Shown here piece by piece: positions 11,474-22,534 of a stretch of 64,000 nucleotides of DNA; position 1 is the stretch's first letter; each line of letters starts with the position of its first letter. The stretch is taken from NCBI GenBank assembly GCA_037447605.1, contig CM074804.1:2232001-2296000 (forward strand), in the 5' to 3' direction. The notes below the pieces were generated by a model that did no database searches, had not been told where the DNA came from, and saw only the letters and a list, made by a program, of their open reading frames with translations. This DNA comes from Zygnema circumcarinatum SAG 698-1b. Its lineage: Eukaryota > Plantae > Zygnematophyceae. The position numbers and the translations under genes are program-made.

Positions 11474-12733
11474 CGGGGCTATCTGTGTCCGCTTGGTGTG
11501 CAGGTGAAAGGAAGTGGTGAGAGGGCGAACTTCGGAGCTGCTGCCCGGGCGTCTGTTGATGTGGATAGATTTTTTATTCAAGACTGTAGACAACATTTTC
11601 CCCACTTTTCTTGCTTGTAGAAATGCGATTGTACAAATTGATGTACAAATAAATACTACACAAGTCTTCTTCTGCTTGATTTTTTTTGAGAAAGCAGTTT
11701 TTGTTCAATACACTTATAAAATCAATTGAACACCGAACAATTAACTACGTCGTCCTTAATTCAGTTACTCTGTCCACAACTAGGATATGAGATTTTCGCA
11801 AATAGCACCGAACACGTTTAAATTCTGCCCGCCACAATTATCTGATGCTTCACCGCGCTGTGCCTAACGGTAGTCATCGGCCTGCTCATAGTTGAACGGC
11901 TACAATCCATCTGTTCGACTGCAGAAGTGGAATCCATATCTAATCCGACAATATTGAGAAATAAAACTTCTCTTCGAGCATTTTCCTTGTTCGTCTCTCC
12001 TTAACGAAAATTCCCCTTCATTTACCATGATGCATTTGTCAATGTCCATTTTATAATATCGTCCAGATAAGACGACTGCCGCATTTTGAATTTTCTCACT
12101 TCATTTTCTAAACTCTCATATCTTAAAAAATTCGAGTGTTGAAGATCAATGTCTAATTGCATTGTAAATGTGTACGTATTGACAAATTTAGTACAACTCG
12201 GCCTGTTGCATTTTGAGACAGTGTTCGGCGCTCTTTGTTCAACTTTCAATGGCCGAAATCACTAAACGTTCATGTTTTCTCCCTGCTCATTTTCTCTACT
12301 CGTCAACAGTGTTCATTACGACATATCGTCAATTTTTTTAGGAAACTGATGCTTAAATAATTTTTTATTTTCGAGACAACACAAATAATGATTTTGATGC
12401 AAGCGCACATTTCAGGAAGCTCAGCCAGATACAAAACTTCAAAACTTCAAACAAAACTTCAAAACCTCACTTCAGTCATTTCAAGGAATTAGATTAAAGA
12501 TTTCACAGTAGAATAAAAAAACCGACACAGGTTGATTGTTCACGAGCGGGTAATCAGGTAAAAAATATCATTAAGCGGTGCAAGCTTTTTATTGATTGTT
12601 GTGCCACTGTCAGCGCAACATTTAGTCTATAACATGTCGTTTTACTCAAAAAAAGAACAATGAAGGGACAAAACTTGTGCGTGTTGACTTGCAAGACGCT
12701 CTCTGGAACTTTCGCTTTGACGCCTGCTGAAGT

Positions 12734-14724
12734 CTAGTTGTTGAACTTGCTGAAGCTGGTGGTGTACTGCAGGGTGGGGTTGGTCGGGTTGGCCGCCGCC
12801 GCCGGGTCGCTCATGTTGATACCGTAGAAGTAGATGTAGCCCTGCACACACGCCCACAAGCGCACGGCAGTGAGAGCTTGCTTCGAAACTGGCATGCTCA
12901 CCAACTCACGACAGGTATCGGTCCAGAGCAACGAAGGAAACGGTGAGGGCGCAGATGCTGCCATCGCCACTCACAATTGTCTTGTAGAGCTTGACAATGG
13001 CGAAGCCATTGTTATTGCTGGTGTAGTTGTAGAGGGGGGCGATAGCGGGAGGTGGGAGGTCCGCCTTCGCCGCAATGCCGGACGCGCCGATAGTGAAAAA
13101 CTTGGTCTTGGGCACCGTCGGGTGGTTGAAGTGCGCCGTGATGTGGTCGTGGCCGTTGAACCACAGCTGCGGCCTGCCATGCAAGCCACTCCAAGCATCA
13201 AGCACTCGCTTTTCCCCTCCACACGCAGTCTTGGAAACACGTGCAGCATGAGATAGATGGGCGGTCAGGGTGGTGAGTGTACCTGGTGGTGGCGTCGCTG
13301 AGGACGGGCGCGAACTCGGTGTTGAGAGGCAGCACAGGGCCGCCCACGGAGGTCGAGTACAGGGGGTGGTGCGACACCACGATGCTCCACTCCACCTCAT
13401 TGCGCGCCTTCTGGAGGCGGCGCTTCGCCCATGCCACCTCGCCCGCCCTCACATTCGCCTGCACTCACAACAACTACTTCCGTAGTGAGAAAGGGAGTAA
13501 ATACATAGAAACACAGCCAAAAGCAACAAGTCAACACCAGCAGCTTAAAAGAGAGGACGACAGAGACGAATCGGAATACCTGGCAACCGTAAACCAGCTC
13601 ATTGGTGTAGTACTTGGACTTGTTGTTGGTGCAGTACGAGTCCAAGTGGGGGGAGCTGGCAGACCGAGACCCAAACCCAAACACGAAAGAGAGATATTGA
13701 GGCTCGAACACAAAAAAAACACAGAAACCTGTAACCACAAGTAATGTGTTCTTGCAAGAGGGAGAGAGGACAGGAGAGAGGGGAGAGAGTGCACCTGTCG
13801 AGCGTGGTGATCTGCACCTTGACGGTGAGGGGGGCCTTGGTCTTGCTGGCGGGCCTGACGGAGTAGTAGCGCGTGGGGATGTACCATCGCTGGTTGGGGT
13901 CGTAGCTCGTGTACTCCAACTGGGGGTAGATGGAGTGGTCGCCGGGCTTCGAAGGGTCGTAAGTATCGTTGCTGCCGTACTCGTGGTTTCCGAGCGAGCC
14001 GAAGAACCGGACCTGCGGAGGAGGGAGAGCTTCAGGGTGAGAAGCGGGGCACGGTGGGAGGACGAGAGGGGAGGGCGAGCGAGAGCGAGGAGGGCGAGAG
14101 GGAGCGAGAGGGCGGCGAACCGACATTGAGAGAGGGGTGCGTGTAGACGTTGTTGAAGGAGGTGTCGAACTGCGGGTCGAGCACGCCGAGGGACTTGGAG
14201 ATGCCGATGTCGTAGAAGTTGTCGCCCGTGTTAATTACGAAGTCGCAGTTCTCACTGCCACGTGGTGGATGGAGAGGAGACGGATGTGTGAAGGGAGGGC
14301 TGAGAGAATTGGAAATGGCAAGAGAGAGAGAGAGAGGGAGAAAGAGAGAAAGAGAGAAAAAGGGGTGGAGGGATAGGAGAGCCTCACATGGCGCACTTCG
14401 CGCCAAGACCGGCTGCCACGGCCTTCTGCGCCAAGAAGTTGCCCGCCTGCGGGTTGACGGCCAGCTTCGAGTAGTCGCCGTCTGTACAGAGGAAGTGCAC
14501 CACGCGTGAGAGAGGCAGATAGAGAAGGAGAGAGAGCCACAAGCAGAACGAGGGGAGCATGAAAGCATACACACAGAGCAAAAGGAATACAACCCACCTG
14601 GGCCCCAGCCCCAGTCGCCAATAACGCCGAACACGGTGGGGTTGTACGCCGTCACCGCCATGGCTGCCGGCATGGCGGCAAAGAGAACCGCCACCATGCA
14701 GAGGAGGGCCGACACGGGCGCCAT
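12734..14724 (-). CDS. Secreted low-MW purple acid phosphatase (tartrate-resistant acid phosphatase type 5 / PAP17-like), 8 exons
   Basis: Exons 14724-14598, 14481-14388, 14254-14125, 14012-13795, 13655-13580, 13458-13283, 13173-12975, 12841-12734. N-terminal signal peptide; metallophosphoesterase blocks GDWG, GDNFY, GNHE, VSHHP and GHDH all present. Confidence 0.92.
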
Positions 14725-15679
14725 GGCTTCTGCTACGCTCTGCTCTGCTCTGCGTGGGAGGGAGGGAGGGAGGGCGAGTGTGTAACTTACGCTGCGGCGC
14801 CTCCCCCCTTAGGAGCCCTCCGCCCCGGCCGGTCCGTACGAAGTACGGTGACTGTGAGGGAGCGACAGAGGTATCTTCGAATGTACGGACGGGAGATGCC
14901 GTCAGACGGACGGGCCATCGCGAGATGCGAGATTCCAAAGGGTTTGGCGCGTAGCGCAAAAGGGACAGGCGCGCCGACACGACCGCTTGCGGCTGCGCAA
15001 CGCGACAAGAAAGCGGATCATTTGAGGAACGCACCTCGGCGGCCTGGAGCTTGGCGGCTCGACCACGTGGCGCACGCTGAGTGGGGGTTGACTGTCTACA
15101 CACGTGTGTGGGAATCGTGGGGGGCTGTCAGGCGCGGGGTGGACCAGGGGCCGGTAGATTACTCCCGCCGGCCGGGCGGACGGGCGGCAGCGGCCCGGGG
15201 CGGTTCGGCGGGAAGTGGTCACGCCAAGTCGTACGGTATCGTACTTATTTGTACGGTGGCCAGATGAAAAAACGACAGACAGATGGCCGTACAGTGCCGC
15301 CTCAGCCGTACCGTACAACCAATTGTCGCAGACTCGCAGTCGCAGAGGAGCACTAGTTTTATGTGACGGGGCGGAGTACTGCTCGACCGGGGGATGTGGT
15401 ACGGAGGATCTGGGGACCAAGAAGGGTACGATCGAAAACGATTTCTGGATCAACGGAGCGGTTCGGATTGTGCAGCCACGTGGATGCTCGAGCAACGTCC
15501 TGCGCAGCGGAAGTGATCGGGGGCCTTGTGGATCTGCGCTTCCACGGGGACCACTCGATCGCCGTCCGTGACCTCACGCGGCAATCAATTCTTGTGAACT
15601 GCGTCTCCATGTCGATGTTGCAGTTCCGTGTCCAGTTCTGCTCGTCTCTCTCTCACCTCGCCAGCATCCTCCTCTTATA

Positions 15680-15870
15680 GAGAAGAGGTCTGGCATTGAC
15701 CTCGCGATGGCGATGATGCCATCAAATGCACATGGACAAAACCATCACGGGGAACCACGAGGAACTGGTCGCGAAGGGCCCAAGAACAAAAGAAAACAGC
15801 GAGGAGCGGAAAGCTGCGTCAACAACGCTTCAAGCCCTCCCTCGAAGCAGCCGCGAAGGTCACCGATCGC
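15680..15870 (+). repeat. Dispersed repeat / gene fragment, homologous to 63435-63680 (opposite strand)
   Basis: GIDLAMAMMPSNAHGQNHHGEPRGTGREGP versus GIELTMARPSNVHGQKHDVEPRGTGRKGP; shared nucleotide block GAAGCARCCGCGAAGGTCACCGAT. Confidence 0.7.
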
Positions 15871-16849
15871 TGTGGCGGCACACGTGTGTACTAACTAACA
15901 CGGCACACTGCGCATTTTTTTGTTTTATTTTCAACGAACGAATATACATGGAAACTAGCCAGCAAAGGCTGACAAACTGGAAAACTGGTTTGCATTTTGT
16001 GAACCTCTAGCCTTGTGTCGGCGCACGAGGGCGTCGCCCCATGTCGCGTCACTAGTGCGCACTTCCATGGCGTTGTGGGGAAGGAGGCCGCCCTCCCTCA
16101 ACCCCGCCCGGAGTTCATACGCATTCGCTTACAGTGTGAGTCCGTCAAATGTCGAGATGGCTGGTCCTAAATTTCAGAGTTTGCCAATGACCGCCATGGG
16201 CCATACACATAACATGGAATCTTCCCAGACTTCCCTCTCTCCCACCCTCCCTCCCTATGCCACTTCCATTGACTTCAATCTTCCTTATCGTCTCTTTCAA
16301 GCACGGCAGCGCTTATCCGGCACACACTGGGCGGCGGTCTGCGGTTTGACGTCGTCTGTTCGGAGGGATGGGGGCATCCGCATGAAGGCTCCCTGTGAAT
16401 GTTGCACTCATAATTCCAGCCGTGTCCGAAGCCCATATAGAAATACATATTCTTGGAACAGTTTTGCGGTAGCTGTTTTGAGATTTCGCATAGGGTCATT
16501 AAAAAATAGAATATGGCAAACATGAGTGGCAAATCGATTTGTTTTCAGAAGAAATCCTCAGGTGGCAATGACAAACGAAAGCTCCCGCGGCGGACAAATG
16601 GTGTCTTACTTTTATACGTAGCCCTACTGATTTTCAACGATAGAACCATCTCAGTTGTGAGACTGAGCATCGCCCCGCACTTGGCTTTTCAGTCCTCATC
16701 TCAAATGCAAAGTAATAACGCCATTCGCGCACTCATTCCAACCTATCGTCAAGATGTCCTGTCGGTGGAACTCACGGTTACAAACAATGAGAATACAGAC
16801 GTCAGTGCAATCCATTGCCTTCTCAAGAGAGGGTGTGTGCGGTGAACAA

Positions 16850-19800
16850 TCAAAGAGCTGACTGCCTCTCTGCGAGAATCCTCCGGCCCTGATACCTGCA
16901 CCCGCCGGCACAAAGCACATCACGAACAAGGAACTTTGAGTCATGCTTTCATGACTTTTTCTCTGTCATGCTCACTGCCCTCTAAAAGATGCATTGCTGC
17001 TCTCTTCAGCGATCCGACTACTAAAAAAGTAAATCCTATGCCAAAAATGAATTCTCTTTCCAGCCGTTGGCAGAGCCCCCAGGGAGCGGGCGCGCACCGT
17101 CCGAGCATCATGGCCGTCGCCTGCGGATTGGTGCCGGGCGATGTGCGCCACGTGGAGCCGTCGATGACGCGGAGGGACCGCGCGCCTGCGAGGCGGTGCT
17201 CGGCGTCCACGGAGTCCCCCCGCCGGCACCCGCCGTGGAAGTGCCAGAGGGACCCCACACTGGCCTGCTCACAGTGCCTCGCAAGGACGGGAGGGAGGGA
17301 GGGAGGGAGAGAGGGAGGGAGGAACCAAACTCAACTCCTCGCTCAGCTGCTGTAGTGCGGGCTTTGTGCAGGGGCTGCATGCAGTGCTGTTTCGTGAGAA
17401 ATGAATTGCATGAAGCCACTTTTTATCTCACCTTACACCACTGGGAGGCCTCTGTGTAATTGGTGGGATCAGGAAGGACAGGAATTGATCCAGCGTATTG
17501 TCCTTCGGGGATGACTGCAAGCTCTGGATTGAGGAACCTGCATTCAACGAAAAACGGATATGCAAAGGAATGCTTTTAGCAAGATAATTGTTCGATGCAC
17601 TTGTCGTCAGCAACAAAATACAAATTTACATATTTAAAAAGTCGCTCATGTTGGCTTCACAGTTTTTGACGAATAGAGAAAAGTAAATTGTTACCGCAGT
17701 GATTCCGGAACCGAGGTGTATCGGTAACTGGCGAGGGCTGTGGAACTGAGCAGTTTGGCGAGGACGCGGGAGCCGTTGACGCACGCTTCTATGTTCTCGG
17801 GAGTGCTGTAATAGTTGTACTGAACTGTGGGGTTCTGTGTGATGTCCGTGCTATTCAACGTCAGAGTCCCCCGGGAAGTCGGACGCAATATCTGAACAAG
17901 AATGCAGCGTGTGTGCTATAATCAGAAGCCGCCTTTTAGGGACACATTTAAGAGTTTTCGTCGGAGCCTTCTCTCCGAAAGGGTCACTATAGACGAAAAA
18001 TGGAAAAACATTTACAAAATCGAATAAGTAAGCAGCTAATAAATACTCTTCGATCAAGTAAATATATTGCCTATCCACATGACGGACCTTGCTATAGAAA
18101 CTCCCTGCTTGATTCAATTGTCTGCGCAAAGCGGCCGGGAGGGCTGCTATCTTGGCTGCTGCGAGAGCGATGCTAGTGTCGTTTCTTTCCGAAGGCATTA
18201 GCGTGCCGGTCACCCCCATCTGCGGAAAAACTGTCGAAGCATTTCCTCCGCTCCCTCCCTCGATGATCGTTCCATACTCGGAAATACCAACCACCTGCAC
18301 TCCCCCAGCCACCATGCAAATCGGCCTCTTTAACTGGTAGCTCTCAACTACTATTTTTTGTGCACAGGCTTCGATTAGTAGTAGCGAAGACATAACTTAC
18401 AATTCTTTAAACAGAAACACCCGCCATCACTGCAGAAAATTTAGAAAAATACATGTTTCAGATTGTCGTAAGAGGTACTCACCGTAGCCGAAGATAGATC
18501 CAATGGAGTTGGCGAGGGTACAACGATACTGTTCATGGGATTGTCGGTGATCTTCTGTCCAATTGAGGGCAAGTCAAGTACAAGGGGAATCTTGTGCTTT
18601 GCCAACTCTTCCACCGGCCCAACTCCACTGAGCAGCAGCAATTGTGGAGATCCGAGTGCTCCGGCGGCAAGGAGAATTTCCCCTCCTTCCTTCACCAAAG
18701 CTACTTTTGTCACCCCAGAGCTGTCTGTGAAGTTCACTCCGATAGCCCTTGGGCTGCCGTCTGCATGCACCAATAGAATAGCAGTATATTACCTATTTGG
18801 ATCATCTGTGCGAGGTAAGTAGCATCCTGACAGGGTTGTAACGCTTTAAACCTGGCATCTCACTCTTCAGACCAAGAGATTTCTCTAGCCACTAGTTTTA
18901 GATATATTCTAGCTTGAGATATTCAACATTTCTAAAAGGCCTCCTCGTGTCTATTTTACCTTCTCAAAAATAGTGAACGGCTTATAGATATTTCTCACCT
19001 TCGAGACTATCGAAAATGATTCGTTGAACAACGGCTAAAACGTACACCAAGAGGTTTGCAGGATCTCCAGAACGCAGGAGGTCGGCAGAGGTGTGCCGAA
19101 ACCCGCGACTATCGAAAAGTGTGTTCCCAATCTGCACATAATTTAATATCTAGAAGAATTCTTTGCTTTAGAACCGATCCCAGCCACCCCTCCTCCATCG
19201 CCAAAATCTTACCTAGAACTACTAATTTAGAGCTAGTTTCCGGGTCAGTTGAAAAAACAAGCTTCCTGTTTAAAGAACTGCGAGTGGGGTGATAAGAGTG
19301 AAGTGGCACATGCCTTTGTCCCCAGAATATGCTCCTTTGTGCGGCCGTTGAATGGAGTCACTCCAGCCTCCAGCAGTCCATTTTGTGTCGCATTCTGCCA
19401 TGGTACTACCATGGGATCGAAAACTATCCTGGATTCGACCCATTCATAGGCGTCTTTCACTGCCTCCAAGTCCCATCCCGTTTGCTGAAGGAATTCCGGA
19501 TCAGCGTGACTGCAGAATTTGACGAGAGGGAATGGAAAGTGAAATTTTCAACGAGCTTCAAGGTTTCCTGTGTTTAGTGTCAGCACCACTTCACTGCATC
19601 AATTTCATCACATGATGCTATATCAAAGTTCTGTTGATCGCTAAACAAAACCGGAACGGTAGACGGAATTCCTCTAATTATACATCATTTCAAACCAATA
19701 TGAAATTATACCTGTAAAATCCTGCGTTTATGGAGCTTCCGCCGCCTAAAACCCTTGCACGATGTTTGTAGACGCCATCGACAGATTGGAACCGCTGCGC

Positions 19801-21061
19801 TGCATTTGTTGTCAGAACGAATGGGAATCCTTCCAAGCGATACACCGAGGGCTGCGACAGAAAAAAATAACCACGAATCACTCAGACGAGAAATTTCTAG
19901 AACGGGAGTGAGGAACTGAAGAACAATACCACATTGTGACTGCAACTTCACCGAATCGAACAAGCACAGGATGAACTTGCACTTCAGGTATAAGTCAGCA
20001 ACGTATAATTCTTCCGTTTGAACCTTGATTTTGGGCTAGATTCTTAATGAAATGGAAGGAGTGGACATTGTAAGTGTTGCAAATAATATATTCTTATGCT
20101 GTCGTATCCATTTTTGTCTTTTAACTTTTATTGAGTCTTGTCTTTTGCTGCCATGTGCCTTGTATGCTGCCACTTACTTTTGTCGCCTAGTTCTAGCTGC
20201 ATTGTATATTAGCAAACTTAGGACATTGTATAAGCACCTCATTGAATAGACACTTTCTTTTTGTGTCATTTGTTCTCCATTCTCATTGTGTGCATGCAAT
20301 GTCTACTCCTTCCATTTCAATATGAAACACACTCTGAGAGAGGAGAACAAATGACACACGAAGAGAAGTGTCTAATTAGTGAGGTGCTTGTACAACGTCC
20401 TAAGCTTGCTTATATACAATTGAGCTAGAGCTAGGAGACAAAAGTGGCAACATAGATCTAGCCTAAGCAAGGGGCGACCAGGTGTAAGCACATGGCCGCA
20501 AATGACAAGGATTAATAAAGCTAAAATACAAAAAAAATATACGATAACATAAAAATGTCTTACTTGCAACAATTCTAACATGAGACCCTTGCATTCTTGC
20601 ATACAACAGGGCGTTAACGACATGAGCAGCCGTACGGGAGGTTCGGAAGAGCAGCACCTGATCATAAGGAACGCCACCTCGTTCCAGCACGAGCACAGAA
20701 TATTTCTCTGACAGGGTGGCAGCCAGCGGGCAGCCCGCAGTGCCTCCCCCGACGACAATATAGTCGTACACACTCACTGACGGCGCCTCGAAAGCATCGT
20801 GGATATATGGATCAACGTATTCCAAAATGACTGAATATTGAATATGGAAGAGGCAAAAAATCCATCAGACGTTCTGGCTTCTACATTCTTCTGAGTGATC
20901 GCTCAAGAATTTGGAAGGTCACACAGCACCCTGCCAAGCCATTTATGCGGTCTTCAAACGCACGGAGATTTTATAAAATTCCATATTTTTTCCTTCATAC
21001 CTTGAGAAAATGATTGCAAGAGCAGGCAAGAAACCAGCAGTCGGCCTCCGGTAGACTTCAT
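16850..21061 (-). CDS. HOTHEAD-like / mandelonitrile-lyase-like GMC oxidoreductase, 11 exons
   Basis: Exons 21061-21001 (signal-peptide-like MKSTGGRLLVSCLLLQSFSQ), 20830-20658, 19851-19712, 19509-19314 (GC donor), 19131-18999, 18760-18483, 18294-18088, 17891-17695, 17537-17432, 17264-17098, 16895-16850. Motifs: YDYIVVGGGTAGCPLAATLS (FAD), RARVLGGGSSINAGFY, AGALGSPQLLLLSGVGP, WHFHGGC, RVIDGS, SPGTNPQATAMMLGRY. Confidence 0.93.
20045..20571 (-). mobile_element. Solo LTR (Copia A-related) containing a second, oppositely oriented solo LTR at 20075-20322, in HTH-like intron 2
   Basis: Outer LTR flanked by TSD ATTCT (20040-20044 and 20572-20576). Inner LTR reads TGTTGCAA...TTTCAATA. Both share blocks with the Copia A LTR (e.g. 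GGAGTGGACATTG in both; GGTGTAAGCAC...GCCGCAAA in the outer one). Confidence 0.75.
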
Positions 21062-22534
21062 CTCCAGCCAGCAATGCCAAGCAATTGAGCGTCGCACAAA
21101 TGATCCCAACCGGCCCAGCCTCCTCTTTCCTTCCCTTATTATAAACCCCCTTAACCCCCATTTCCTCCTCCTTCTCTCCTTCACCTCCGTCCCTCCTTCG
21201 CGGCGTTCGACTCCTGCAAGGCTGCAAGTCGCCGCCGCCTCTCGCGGCCCCCACCGCCGAGCCCTCCGCCTCGCCCTCGGGACTGCCAATCCTCTATCGC
21301 CTTGCGATACATATCGCGCATATTGATAGTACAGCGCATATCGAAATATCGCTCATTTTGGATGTACCGCTCGTATTGGTATATCGTTAATATCGGTGGT
21401 ATCGCGATAGTGCGATATGGCAACGGCGTCGACGCCGGGCGGAACTGAAGGGTTGTCTTGGGGAAGAGGAGGTCGTAGTGGGACATATTGAAAGATGGGA
21501 AGGAGGAACCTTGGGGGACTGAGAAAGGTTAGGGATAGGAGTTTGTGAAGAGTTGGCTTCGAGAGTTAAACAGACTCCGCGAGGATAACGATCGAGCTTG
21601 GTTGTTAGATGCATTTAGATGTTTGAGACTTTCCAGCACATTATTCAACTGGATTCATTAAAGTATTAAATTTTTGAAATTCACGTGTCTTAGCTTGTTA
21701 TCTTCACTTCTGCAACTGATGTGCTGTGGTTTGAATTAGAGGGCCTCAGAGGGCTGCAGGCGTGATAAGCGGGTACGGGGGGGGGGAGGGAGGGTCAGCC
21801 CTCGATCCACCCTTCCGAGGCGCTCGGGGTCGGCCTGAGAGGTCGCCTGGCTGCGGTGAAGGGCGGAGGGAGGGAGGAAAGGGGGGGAGGGTATTGGCAA
21901 ACAGGAGAGAAGTTGTGAAAGGTGAAAAAGCTGGTTACCTCGTTTAGGTGGGGATTCATTCGATGCTTAAAAATTTAGGTGTTCATTCCCATACGAGCGG
22001 CTGTTTTTCATGTGCTGCCTGAAAATTGAATTGGCAGGTGCTGTTGTAGCACTTCGTCCTCGGATCTGCCCATCACATGCAGCCCTTTATGCGACCACCA
22101 AGCGAAAGTCTCACAGCCACGACTCAACTGAATAAAACATGTGCAGCGAAAATGTGGCAACAATCTGCTGCGGCTCTTTACGTGTTTTATGTCGGGTACA
22201 GAAAACAAAGCATTCATTTTCGCAGTAGAGGTATATAGCCATAAAATTGTGCTAAGATCGCGACAAATGTTTCTGCGCGAAAATAGTCATGTGAGCCATC
22301 GACCTCAACATGAAATCCTGAATTTGTCCAATATTAAAAGGAACACTACGTTAGCCCCAGGAAATCCCCTCCTTTCATACCCGGATCTGCTCCCTTTCGT
22401 TAAACAATTATTTATTTTTTGCTGAACAAGTGTCTGTACATGGTGAATGCGTAGACAGCTGCAAGCGTCTGTACATGATGAATGCGGAGATTGCAATGTT
22501 AGAAGCCTTTCTTTCTGCTTCCCGTTGTCGCTGG

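Noticed and set aside
11700-12650. AT-rich island with a 75-aa ORF as possible foreign or viral DNA
   Set aside because: No identifiable protein or termini; compatible with a convergent 3' intergenic region.
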